From Actinomycetota bacterium (lineage in GTDB: Bacteria > Actinomycetota > Actinomycetes > Nanopelagicales > Nanopelagicaceae), in assembly GCA_010023045.1 (NCBI GenBank), contig RGJX01000002.1:8999-72998 (forward strand): a stretch of DNA of 64,000 nucleotides. Reading direction: 5' to 3'. The notes below the pieces were generated by a model, which saw nothing but the letters and a program-made list of their open reading frames with translations, was not told the origin of the DNA and ran no database searches. Shown here piece after piece: positions 40,662-49,865 of this stretch (positions are counted from its first letter, which is position 1; every line of letters starts with the position of its first letter). Both the position numbers and the translations under genes were made by a program.

Positions 40662-41624
40662 TCAATTAAAGCGCCGCTCCAACATAAGTACTTCTACCTC
40701 TTCGCCAGCCTTGTAGCTCGTGGCTTCTTCGCTCATCACAATCAATCCTGTTGCGTCAGAGAGACCAATTAGGTCATCTTGATTCGGTAGTGCGGTCACC
40801 AAACGTCGGTTTGGATTATCAGTGGAGAGAATAGCTCTTATGAATGCATGCTTACCAGATTCGCTAGCTACATCATTGGTAAGAGTCGCTCGGGTAATTG
40901 GTCTATGAATGTCGTATAGACCCATCATGTTACGAATCATGGGGCGAATAAATAATTCATTTGAAATATAAGCAGAGATTGGATCTCCAGGGAGGGCTAC
41001 GACTGGAGTTTTATCTGGGCCAATCGTTCCAAATGCATGTCGACCACTGCCTTCAATATTTGGAGTTACGCTCTCAACATCTCCCAATCGACTCAATACT
41101 CCGTAAATTAAGTCAAAAGATTCATCATGGCTCTCACCACAGATAACGATTAGATCGGCGCGCACTAATTGATCTTCAACAACATCCTTGAGGGAATCTT
41201 CAGTCTCCGGAATTGTCGTTACGCGATAGCCAACTGCGCCGGCCTCTTTCATTGCGGTAGTTAGTAGCCAAGAATTGACCTCGAATTCTTCGCCACTTCC
41301 AAGGACCTTTCCTGGTTCTACCAAATCATCGCCGGCTGAGATAACGACTACCCGAGGTTGCGGTCGCGTTGGAAGATGATCTAAGCCAAGAGAAGCAGCT
41401 AGACCAATCTGGGTAGACCGAATTCTCGAACCAGATCTAAGCGCCAAGCGATCACCTTGATAGATATCTTGCGCAAGGGTTGCGCCGTAGGAATCTAGTA
41501 GCGGCATATCGAAGGCTGCTAATGGCTTTGATAGGGCTAAGAGTTGTGTCGCTAGCTCTGCTACCCGAAGGCTCTCACTCACGCGGAAAAGATACTTTGT
41601 ATCTACGCTAATCCCGTGGAGCAC
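40662..41624 (-). CDS. shortened MoeA/gephyrin-like protein
   Basis: It has a MoCF-type central domain (VVVISAGDDLVEPG, ADLIVICGESH), a PGDPISAY block and a MoeA_C-like end (KAGEEVEVLML). Only about 90 aa precede the central domain. The start is uncertain: GTG 41624 overlaps the divergent neighbour, and GTG 41582 is the alternative. Confidence 0.65.
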   Translation of the reverse strand: MLHGISVDTKYLFRVSESLRVAELATQLLALSKPLAAFDMPLLDSYGATLAQDIYQGDRLALRSGSRIRSTQIGLAASLGLDHLPTRPQPRVVVISAGDDLVEPGKVLGSGEEFEVNSWLLTTAMKEAGAVGYRVTTIPETEDSLKDVVEDQLVRADLIVICGESHDESFDLIYGVLSRLGDVESVTPNIEGSGRHAFGTIGPDKTPVVALPGDPISAYISNELFIRPMIRNMMGLYDIHRPITRATLTNDVASESGKHAFIRAILSTDNPNRRLVTALPNQDDLIGLSDATGLIVMSEEATSYKAGEEVEVLMLERRFN

Positions 41625-42146
41625 ACGAAGGCGAATTTGCGTGAATCAATCCGCTTGCGCCGCCAAGTTAGCCAATCTCACTTTAACCACTCTTTATTAA
41701 GTGATTCTCCGGAATTTAAGAACTCTGAAGTGATTGCCAGCTATCGCTCATTTGGCGATGAGCCCAATACCGAAAAACTCAATCAACTAATTCTGGAATC
41801 TGGAAAGAAGTTATTACTACCGGTGCGCTTACCAGATAACTCCCTAGAGTTTCGAATCTGGGATGGTAATCCCGCAAAACTTAAGCGCTCTGGAAAAGTA
41901 GAAGAGCCAATTGGTGAGAGATTCTTAGGCCGAATCGATCTCATGATTGTTCCTTCATTGGCGATTGATTCAAAAGGAAATCGCCTCGGGCAAGGAGGTG
42001 GCTCTTATGATCGAACGCTTCGAGACTTCTCTGGAGTTTCGATAGGTCTTATTAACGAGGATGAATTCGTAAGAGATTTACCTATTGAATCTCATGATAT
42101 GCCGGTAAAAATGGCGCTAACGCCTACGAGGTTAGTTCGAATTTAA
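41616..42146 (+). CDS. 5-formyltetrahydrofolate cyclo-ligase
   Basis: It has the K..LR..IR..R N-terminus and the GQGGGSYDR motif. The GTG start is uncertain. Confidence 0.8.
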   Translation: MEHTKANLRESIRLRRQVSQSHFNHSLLSDSPEFKNSEVIASYRSFGDEPNTEKLNQLILESGKKLLLPVRLPDNSLEFRIWDGNPAKLKRSGKVEEPIGERFLGRIDLMIVPSLAIDSKGNRLGQGGGSYDRTLRDFSGVSIGLINEDEFVRDLPIESHDMPVKMALTPTRLVRI

Positions 42147-43288
42147 TTTACGCCGAGATTGCGCGCCATAACTAAGCGCTGAATCTGGTTTGTGCCTTCA
42201 TAGATCTGGGTTAGCTTGGCATCGCGCATCATCCGCTCGACGGGATAATCATTCACATAGCCATAACCACCTAATACCTGGACAGCATCAGTGGTCACCT
42301 TCATGGCCACATCGGTAGCAAAGCACTTTGAAGCAGCTGAAAAGAAAGTTAGATCTCGCTCGCCTCTTTCGCTCTTAACCGCTGCGGCATAAGTTAGTTG
42401 TCGAGCTGCTTCAATCTCCATTGCCATATCGGCAAGCATGAATTGGACAGCTTGGAAGTCAAAGATTGGTTTACCAAATTGGCGTCGCTCTTTTGCATAC
42501 TTAGTAGCAACTTCAAATGCGCCTTGAGCAATTCCTAGCGCTTGAGCAGCGATAGTGATGCGTGTGTGATCTAGGGTCTTCATTGCCAGACCAAATCCAC
42601 CACCGATCTCACTAATTCTTCGATCATCTCCAATTTCTACGTTATCGAAGTAGACCTCTCGAGTTGGTGAACCTTTAAAGCCCATCTTCTTTTCTGGAGC
42701 GCCAAAAGAAACTCCCGAATCGCTCTTCTCAATTACGAAAGCGGTAATTCCCTTCGCTCCCTTTTCTGGATCAGTGGATGCAAGTACGGTGTAGAACTCA
42801 GAAACACCAGCATGGGAGATCCACTTTTTACTTCCATTTAGAACCCAACCGTCACCCTTCTTCACTGCTCGAGTTTTCATTGCTGCGGCATCCGAACCAG
42901 CTTCAGACTCAGATAAGCAATATGAGAAGCCTTTTCCTTTTGCGAGTTGGGTTAACCAACGCTCTTTCTGTGTTTCATTACCGCCCAACATCAACGGTAC
43001 CGAACCAAGTTTGTTTACCGCTGGAATTAGTGAAGAAGATGCACAAACTCGAGCGACTTCCTCGATAACAATTACAACTCCAAGTGAGTCAGCGCCTTCA
43101 CCACCGAATTCAACCGGAACATGTGGCGCAGCTAATCCCGCTGCTTGAAGCGCATCGAGAGCTTCTTGTGGGAAGCGCGCATTTGCATCAACATCATGCG
43201 CAAAAGGTTGGATCTTCTTGTCGGCGAGCGCACGAACGCTTTCGCGCAGAGCTACATACTCTTCGGGTAATGAAAAAAGCGGATCCAT
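42143..43288 (-). CDS. acyl-CoA dehydrogenase (short/branched-chain type)
   Basis: It has ACAD blocks (CLSE.EAGSDAA, GDGWVLNGSKKWIS, QVLGGYGY..DYPVER..RDAK...IYEGTNQIQ). Length is 381 aa. Confidence 0.9.
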   Translation of the reverse strand: MDPLFSLPEEYVALRESVRALADKKIQPFAHDVDANARFPQEALDALQAAGLAAPHVPVEFGGEGADSLGVVIVIEEVARVCASSSLIPAVNKLGSVPLMLGGNETQKERWLTQLAKGKGFSYCLSESEAGSDAAAMKTRAVKKGDGWVLNGSKKWISHAGVSEFYTVLASTDPEKGAKGITAFVIEKSDSGVSFGAPEKKMGFKGSPTREVYFDNVEIGDDRRISEIGGGFGLAMKTLDHTRITIAAQALGIAQGAFEVATKYAKERRQFGKPIFDFQAVQFMLADMAMEIEAARQLTYAAAVKSERGERDLTFFSAASKCFATDVAMKVTTDAVQVLGGYGYVNDYPVERMMRDAKLTQIYEGTNQIQRLVMARNLGVN

Positions 43289-43298
43289 GGCGGGAATA

Positions 43299-45086
43299 CT
43301 ACGAGTCCTTTCGACCCTCGGCGAGTTTAGAAAGATAATCGTTGTATTCCGCTAAATCACGCTCTGAATTCTTATCAGCTCGCTTTGCTTCCCGAGCATC
43401 CGAGCGCATCCACTGGATAAAAGTTGCAACGAGAGCAATGATTATTGGAATCTCGCCCATCGCCCAACCAATTGCCGCTCCGGTTTTCTGATCAGCCAAC
43501 AAGTCTGTGGCCCAAGGGCGTTCTAAGGAAGCGTAGTAACCACCGTCAATTAAAGAACTTGATGCTTGTAGCGCAATGGAGAAAAAGGCGTGGATACTTA
43601 TTGCTCCAAGGAGTATCACTACTCGAACTAGATGATGAACTCTTCTTGGGTTTGGATCAATTCCGACAATGACGTGGAAGAAGAGAAGGCCTGCGGCGAT
43701 GAAATGGAAATTCATCAAGAGGTGTCCGAAGTGGCTCGACATCAAATCTCCAAATAGCGGTGTGAAGTAAAGGGCAAAGAGCGATCCATCAAAAATTGCT
43801 AAGGCCACAATTGGATTGGTCCATATTCCAGTGAATCTTGAATGAAGCGACTCAATCAACCATCCCCGTATACCGCGTTCTTGTTTTGTTCTGCCGATTG
43901 GAAGCGAACGGAGCGCTAGAGTTATTGGCGCACTTAAGACAATGAAAATCGGGGCAATCATGCTTAATAACATGTGAGCAATCATGTGATACTGAAAAGA
44001 AAAAATTGCATAAAGCCCAAGGCCCCCACTTGTGCTGTAGTCGAGAAGTGAAATTCCAACCGCAAAAGAGATCGTTCTACCGATCGGCCATTTATCCCCA
44101 CGGCGCGAGAGGATTACTACTCCTCGGATGTAAAGCGCAGTAGTAAATACAAGTGCACCGAGCATCAGAGCATCTGCTTCATATTCAAAGAAGAGGCGTT
44201 GCCAAGTTGGTTCAGGCGGCATACCAACTCCGGTGATCTCTTTTACTCGGTCATATTCATATTCGCTTTCAACAATAGGCGTGAAGCGAGAGAGAAGCGA
44301 ACCTATAGCGGTGACCAAGAGAAGAAGCAATACTTCAAATCGAATCAAGCTTGAATCGGCAAGGTTCTTACGAATCTTTATTGCTGTAAGAGCGATGAAA
44401 CTTAGAAGTCCGACCTTGAGAATAATAAGAGCTCCATATGTAGACAACCACTCGCTCGAGAATCCCAGTCTCAATATCGAACTTGTGCCGCCACTTAGCA
44501 CTACAGCAACTACAGACCAAGTTGCAATAACCCCCACTCTTGTTGCAACTAGTTTTCGAGTGGCTTCATCCATGAAAAGAAGTGAAGCCACCGCCCCAAC
44601 CCAAGATGAAAGAGCAATGACATGAATGATGAGTGAACCAATTGCCAGGCCATGGCCACTTGCTTGACTCGTGTGGCTTTGAAAGAGGGGTGCAACAACT
44701 CCAAATGTGGCGATGCAATAACCCAAGAAAGCTCCGCCAACCTTGCGAATGCTTCTAATGATCAATAAGAGTAAGAGCGCCGCAAGAACTTGAATTAATT
44801 GTAATCTTCCTAATGCGGTTTGAGTTACATAAGAACGAATCGTTGTGAAATCGAGCATTGAATAAATAGAAGATTCAAAGAGATTTGCCAAAGTGGCTAA
44901 GAGATTTCCGAAAGCAAGAATTACCCAAGTTGCCACTAAGTAAGGAAGTACGCTCCGCAGTCGCCTCGATGGTTCAGCTAGTTGACCACCAACTTCTGGG
45001 AAGAGGAATGTTAGGGATAACAGCGCTCCCATTACCAAAGCGCCAGTGAGGGTATTCAATACATCAAAGAGCATTAACCACCTCAA
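43299..45086 (-). CDS. CopD-like / cytochrome c oxidase assembly factor CtaG (Caa3_CtaG) fusion membrane protein
   Basis: It is a 595-aa polytopic protein. The N-terminal half looks CopD-like. The C-terminal half has the HMIAHMLLSMIAPIFIVLSAPITLALR pattern of the CtaG family. Confidence 0.7.
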   Translation of the reverse strand: MRWLMLFDVLNTLTGALVMGALLSLTFLFPEVGGQLAEPSRRLRSVLPYLVATWVILAFGNLLATLANLFESSIYSMLDFTTIRSYVTQTALGRLQLIQVLAALLLLLIIRSIRKVGGAFLGYCIATFGVVAPLFQSHTSQASGHGLAIGSLIIHVIALSSWVGAVASLLFMDEATRKLVATRVGVIATWSVVAVVLSGGTSSILRLGFSSEWLSTYGALIILKVGLLSFIALTAIKIRKNLADSSLIRFEVLLLLLVTAIGSLLSRFTPIVESEYEYDRVKEITGVGMPPEPTWQRLFFEYEADALMLGALVFTTALYIRGVVILSRRGDKWPIGRTISFAVGISLLDYSTSGGLGLYAIFSFQYHMIAHMLLSMIAPIFIVLSAPITLALRSLPIGRTKQERGIRGWLIESLHSRFTGIWTNPIVALAIFDGSLFALYFTPLFGDLMSSHFGHLLMNFHFIAAGLLFFHVIVGIDPNPRRVHHLVRVVILLGAISIHAFFSIALQASSSLIDGGYYASLERPWATDLLADQKTGAAIGWAMGEIPIIIALVATFIQWMRSDAREAKRADKNSERDLAEYNDYLSKLAEGRKDS

Positions 45087-45122
45087 TTAGAAGAATCTCC
45101 ATCACCTACCTAAGATTACGCT

Positions 45123-45380
45123 GTGCCCACCTACCAATATCAATGCGAATCTGAGCATGAATTCGAGGTGTTCCAATCATTCTCAGATGCCGCCATCGAT
45201 ACCTGTCCTGAGTGTGGCGCAAAGGCCCGTAAGGTCTACTCAAATGTTGGGGTAGTTTTCAAAGGTTCAGGTTTCTACAAAACTGATTCTAAGAAGTCAG
45301 AAACGAAAGCGGAGAACAAAGCAGATTCAAAGCCCGTGGCTAAACCAGCTTCAAAACCAGAGAGTAAAACCGAAAGTTAA
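45123..45380 (+). CDS. FmdB family zinc-ribbon protein with Lys/Ser-rich tail
   Basis: It shows the YQYQC...H.FE......CP.CG pattern and a GTG start. Confidence 0.8.
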   Translation: MPTYQYQCESEHEFEVFQSFSDAAIDTCPECGAKARKVYSNVGVVFKGSGFYKTDSKKSETKAENKADSKPVAKPASKPESKTES

Positions 45381-45500
45381 TCGTGGTGCGGCGGCTTATC
45401 AGCCTTAATCTCTTCCTCACGCTTTGAATCTGATACAGAATCAGCAGATGGATCGATCTCATCTTGGGTCTTAGAAGGTATCAACTCACTCATAAATTTC

Positions 45501-46115
45501 CTAGCGCGCCCCCAGGGCTCGCTCTACTCCATCCATAATTTGGCGAAGCGCTTGATCTTGTTCGCGCTGCAAGATTGCACGCTGTGCCACTAGAACCGCA
45601 AGTCCATGTACCGAGCTCCAAGCAATCATCGGAGCAGCAACTGCAATTTTCCGGTCTAGCAGCCCGACCTCATCTAGTTCCTTTATCGATTCCTGTAACA
45701 GTTCCCAGGCCAAATCACCGAACTCGCTTATTGGTTTCTCATCACAATGTATAAAGGCAATCTCGAACAACCTCGGGTGCTTTCTTGCGTAATCGATGTA
45801 TGCCTCACCCAAAGCCTCAAATCGGATGAGCGCATTTCTGGATTTACTTCGCGAAAGAGGCGTTCGATCCCGTTTGGCCTTTAGAAACTCGCCGAGTTCC
45901 AATCGAATCTGCGCTGATACTTCTGCCTTAAGTTGTTCTAGGTTCTCAAAGTGGCGATAGAGCGCGGCCGGTGATACTCCGGTGGCCTCAGCAACTCTCC
46001 TAATCCCGAGAGAATTCAAACCCTCGCTATCAATCAAGTTCTTCGCAGCCCGAATTGCGGCATGGCCTAAGTCACCATGGTGGTAGTCACTTCGCTTGCG
46101 CACTGGTGTTAACAT
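45501..46115 (-). CDS. TetR/AcrR family transcriptional regulator
   Basis: The N-terminal HTH is LGIRRVAEATGVSPAALYRHF. It lies divergent to the MMPL gene. Confidence 0.85.
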   Translation of the reverse strand: MLTPVRKRSDYHHGDLGHAAIRAAKNLIDSEGLNSLGIRRVAEATGVSPAALYRHFENLEQLKAEVSAQIRLELGEFLKAKRDRTPLSRSKSRNALIRFEALGEAYIDYARKHPRLFEIAFIHCDEKPISEFGDLAWELLQESIKELDEVGLLDRKIAVAAPMIAWSSVHGLAVLVAQRAILQREQDQALRQIMDGVERALGAR

Positions 46116-46123
46116 TGTTTACA
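46107..46123. promoter_or_regulatory. candidate TetR operator: TGTTAACA-t-TGTTTACA
   Basis: A perfect 8-bp palindrome, TGTTAACA (46107..46114), overlaps the TetR start codon. A near copy, TGTTTACA, follows 9 bp later in the 49-nt TetR/MMPL divergent spacer. Confidence 0.3.
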
Positions 46124-46164
46124 TTATTCACCTCGATTAGCCACGAGTCAAGAGAAGGCAACAT

Positions 46165-48267
46165 ATGTTTGAGAAGTTGGGTCATTCCATAGCTAGACGG
46201 AGCAAGGCAATTTTCCTACTCGCGATCACCGCGGTCCTTGTATTTGGAACACTTGGTACTCAAGTTTTCTCTCGCTTCGATACTGGTGGCTACTCAGACC
46301 CGAATAGCGATTCAGCAAAGGTTTTCGAATACCTCGAGGATACTTTTGACGTTAAAGATCCGGCCGTAGTTATCGCCCTTGAATCCTCAGCCGGCTCAGT
46401 CGATGCCGAGGCAACTGTCGCGGCTGCCACTGCTCTTGAGAATCAACTTCGAGCTGAGCCAAGCGCTGAGAACGTAATCTCTTATTGGAGCGCAGGAAGA
46501 AACCCGGCTTTTAAGAGCACCGATGGAACTGCGGCTTATATGTTCATTTACCTTAAATCTGAAGACTTTACGGAGATCGATTCACTCGGTGGCTATTACC
46601 AAGACAAATATGAAGGCAAATATCAAGATCAGGTAATAAGAGTTTCCGGTGGCGCTGTCTTTGCAAATGCTATTAACGGAAGAATTCAAGATGATTTGAA
46701 GCTCTCTGAAGCAATCTCGATTCCAATCACCTTTATTTTGCTAGTTCTAGTCTTTGGCGCGCTAGTAGCTTCTGCGATGCCGCTCATAATTGGAGTAACT
46801 GCAATCTTGGGCACATTCTTTGGCCTGTATCTCCTAACTCTCATAACTGATGTAAGTATCTTTGCTCTGAATTTGACGACTGGTTTGGGGCTTGGATTAG
46901 GCATTGATTACGCCCTCTTGATAGTCAATAGATTCAGGGAAGAGTTACGTCGCGGCATCAGCCGTGAAGATGCGATTGTGAACACAATGAGAAGCGCTGG
47001 CAAGACCGTCTTCTATTCTGGATTAACAGTGGTACTTACTCTCATCTCGCTCACTTTCTTCCCTATGAACTTCTTAAAGTCGATGGGGTATGCCGGTGCA
47101 ATAGTCGTATCACTGGCTGTTGTCGGAGCGCTCATCCCACTTCCTGCACTATTAATGATGCTTGGCGAAAAAGTAAATAAAGGCGTTGTTCGCAAGAGTG
47201 GCTTGAATCCAAAAGAGGATGGCGGCTGGGCCCGTCTTTCTCGGTTCGTCATGCGCAGACCAGTCCCAGTTGTTGCCTTTTCGCTTTTCTTTCTCGCCTT
47301 GATGATTGCTCCACTAACAAATGTGAAGTTCTCCCAAGTCGACATTCGAGTACTTCCAGCAAGCGATCCTGCCTACCAAGCAGCGTCATTTATCCAAGAG
47401 AAGTTCCCGGGAGAGGAAAGCAATCCGATTGAAATTGTCTTCCCTGCTGGTGGAAGTAACTTAGAAGCGGTTAATTCTTATGCTGCATCTCTCTCTCAAA
47501 TTTCCGAAATCGTTCGAGTCAGCTCGCCTGAGGTAAAGGGCGCTGCTGTTCGATTGGTTGCCATTCACTCTATGGCGCCTCGAACCCTCGAAGCTGAGAC
47601 TCTTATACGGGAGATTAGAGATATCGATTCAACTCTGGAAGTCCTAGTTGGAGGTGTTGCAGCGGATTACACCGATACTCAGGAAGGCATAGCGGAAACC
47701 CTTCCATGGGTCCTGATCTGGGTAACGATCGCAGTTCTAATCTTGCTCTTCCTTTTCACCGGATCGGTGTTGTTACCTATAAAAGCAATTCTTCTAAATT
47801 ACATTTCGTTAGCAGCAACCATGGGTATTCTCACTTGGGTATTTATCGACGGAAATTTGAACTTCCTGACTGGTGATTTTATAAATACCGGAGCGCTGGA
47901 TACGAGTACTGTCGTTCTAGTTGCAATCGTCGCCTTTGGTCTCTCTATGGACTATGAAGTATTTCTCCTTTCAAGAATTAAAGAAGAGCACGATGCCGGT
48001 CGTTCAAATGAAGATTCGGTTGCGTTAGGCCTACAGAAATCTGCACGAATTATCACTGCGGCTGCGATGATTCTTGCAGTCGTATTTGCTGCATTCATTA
48101 TCAGTGGAGTTACATCGATTAAATCCATGGGATTTGGAATTGCCTTTGCGATTCTCCTAGATGCAACACTCATTAGAGCGTTCTTGGTCCCAGGGTTGAT
48201 GCGACTCTTCGGTGATTGGAACTGGTGGGCTCCAAAATCTCTTCAGCGATTTAAGATCAATCACTAG
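46165..48267 (+). CDS. MMPL family (RND superfamily) transporter
   Basis: At 700 aa it has two 6-TM bundles, each preceded by a soluble loop. It carries the GLGIDYALL and SMDYEVFLLSRI motifs typical of MMPL proteins. Confidence 0.85.
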   Translation: MFEKLGHSIARRSKAIFLLAITAVLVFGTLGTQVFSRFDTGGYSDPNSDSAKVFEYLEDTFDVKDPAVVIALESSAGSVDAEATVAAATALENQLRAEPSAENVISYWSAGRNPAFKSTDGTAAYMFIYLKSEDFTEIDSLGGYYQDKYEGKYQDQVIRVSGGAVFANAINGRIQDDLKLSEAISIPITFILLVLVFGALVASAMPLIIGVTAILGTFFGLYLLTLITDVSIFALNLTTGLGLGLGIDYALLIVNRFREELRRGISREDAIVNTMRSAGKTVFYSGLTVVLTLISLTFFPMNFLKSMGYAGAIVVSLAVVGALIPLPALLMMLGEKVNKGVVRKSGLNPKEDGGWARLSRFVMRRPVPVVAFSLFFLALMIAPLTNVKFSQVDIRVLPASDPAYQAASFIQEKFPGEESNPIEIVFPAGGSNLEAVNSYAASLSQISEIVRVSSPEVKGAAVRLVAIHSMAPRTLEAETLIREIRDIDSTLEVLVGGVAADYTDTQEGIAETLPWVLIWVTIAVLILLFLFTGSVLLPIKAILLNYISLAATMGILTWVFIDGNLNFLTGDFINTGALDTSTVVLVAIVAFGLSMDYEVFLLSRIKEEHDAGRSNEDSVALGLQKSARIITAAAMILAVVFAAFIISGVTSIKSMGFGIAFAILLDATLIRAFLVPGLMRLFGDWNWWAPKSLQRFKINH

Positions 48268-48412
48268 ACCGATTCGAAGAGTTCATCGCAATTGGGCGAG
48301 ATATTGAGCGGCGCGTTCTCTCGAATGCGGTAAAACTTTATGCCGAAGATCGAATATTTATTGTTGGAAACCGCACCATAGTCTTCTCAAAGTAGCCTTA
48401 ACGCGTAATTCT

Positions 48413-48766
48413 CTATCTCTTCCCATCAAAATACATGTGCATATTTGAATCCCACTTCTCTTTGATTTCAGAAATCTCATCACCTTCAGAAGAGAGAGGG
48501 AACATATTTCCCTGAATTTTGCCGCCTAAAGCGCTTAGCTCCACTAGATACTTGCGGTGCTGCTCGACATGTTCAAAAACCCCTGCAGGATTTATATATT
48601 CCTCCAAAACCACGCAAGAAGTTTCGTCTAATGTAAAGAAAAGCTCGTAACGCAAAATGGAATCTTGGCTTCGGATGCTCTGCAGCATTTCTGTTGCAAC
48701 TTCCTTGAATCGCTCTAAATTCTCTTTTTCGATTTTCGGAAAAACTGCAATAGCCATTAGGTTCTT
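48413..48766 (-). CDS. hypothetical protein, possible ABM/dimeric alpha-beta-barrel fold
   Basis: It is about 117 aa from ATG 48766 (MKNLMAIAVF). The beta-alpha-beta pattern and the E.Y.....F..H motif suggest an ABM-like monooxygenase fold, but the assignment is weak. Confidence 0.4.
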   Translation of the reverse strand, partial: KNLMAIAVFPKIEKENLERFKEVATEMLQSIRSQDSILRYELFFTLDETSCVVLEEYINPAGVFEHVEQHRKYLVELSALGGKIQGNMFPLSSEGDEISEIKEKWDSNMHMYFDGKR

Positions 48767-48812
48767 CATGGCACTCCTTGTATTGAGCTTGGTCCAACTA
48801 TAGAGTTCCGGC

Positions 48813-49862
48813 ATGTCAGTCTTCCATCAAAGTAACGGGAAAACTATCACTGGACATGCTTCGCTACGGAGCGCATTGCGCGATACCCAGACATACTCCT
48901 CTGACTTACAAGGAGATTCGGATGTGCGCGACTATAGGCAATTACCTCTGGAAGTTGATCCCCCACTTCACCACCTCTATAGATCAGCTCTCGCCCCCTA
49001 CTTTGTGAAACCAGCAATCGAAAAGCATGTAGAAAAATTCCGAAAAAATTCTGAAATTCTTCTTAAGCGCTATTTTTCCGCAGAGCCCAAAGAGGTAGTG
49101 AGTGAGCTTGCTCTTCCTTTGGTAATGCACAACTTAGGTGTTATATATAACCGACCTCAGGATGTTGAGGAATGGATCTCTTGGGGTCCTGACGTATGGA
49201 CTGCAGAGTCCGAAAAAAGGGATGGAGCAGTCCTTCACCGCTACTTGGACTCCGTTTATGAAGAGGCTCTGAGACATGAAACTAAAGACATTTATAGCGA
49301 GATTGCACATTTGGAAATTGCTGGAAAGCGAGTTACGCCTCTTGAATTTCGTGGAATTGTAGGAGTCCTTTTAGCAGGTGGACGAGATACGGTGGTCAAA
49401 CTTCTCTCTGGAATCATGTGGCACTTTGCTCGTACAGATGAACTCCTGCAGATAAGAAGCGGAAAGATTGCCATCAACACAGCCATTCAAGAATTTTTGC
49501 GATTTCTTACCCCACTACCCCTCATGAATCGGACTACTACTCCTGAGACGGGCATGAAGGAATTACCTGCCGATAGATACGTCGGCATGAGTTTCATATC
49601 GGGCAATTTTGATGAGACAGTTTTTGAAGACCCTCTCTCTTTAAATCTCAGTAGGGCGCGAAATCCACATTTGAGCTTCGGATTCGGGCCGCACACTTGC
49701 CTTGGGAACCACATCGCTGAAATTGAGGCAAGGGTATTCATGGAAACTTTGCGAGATAGTGAATTGAATTGGAAGATTCACACGGAGAAGGTCGCTTTCC
49801 ATTTAGCCCCGTTTGAGAGAGTGCCAGATCAATTCAAATCCTTACAAGTGGTACTCAAGTAA
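48813..49862 (+). CDS. cytochrome P450 (unusually short, 349 aa)
   Basis: It has the I-helix LLAGGRDTVV, the ExxR motif (EFLRF) and the heme loop FGFGPHTCLGNHIA. The DPPLHH block lies only about 48 residues from the start. Confidence 0.8.
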   Translation: MSVFHQSNGKTITGHASLRSALRDTQTYSSDLQGDSDVRDYRQLPLEVDPPLHHLYRSALAPYFVKPAIEKHVEKFRKNSEILLKRYFSAEPKEVVSELALPLVMHNLGVIYNRPQDVEEWISWGPDVWTAESEKRDGAVLHRYLDSVYEEALRHETKDIYSEIAHLEIAGKRVTPLEFRGIVGVLLAGGRDTVVKLLSGIMWHFARTDELLQIRSGKIAINTAIQEFLRFLTPLPLMNRTTTPETGMKELPADRYVGMSFISGNFDETVFEDPLSLNLSRARNPHLSFGFGPHTCLGNHIAEIEARVFMETLRDSELNWKIHTEKVAFHLAPFERVPDQFKSLQVVLK

Positions 49863-49865
49863 TTC

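Noticed and set aside
40662-41624. Reading the MoeA-like gene as evidence of a molybdenum cofactor pathway.
   Set aside because: There are no other Moco genes in the window, the N-terminal region is shortened, and the locus matches the conserved rimJ/membrane-protein neighbourhood. It is treated instead as a gephyrin-like candidate.
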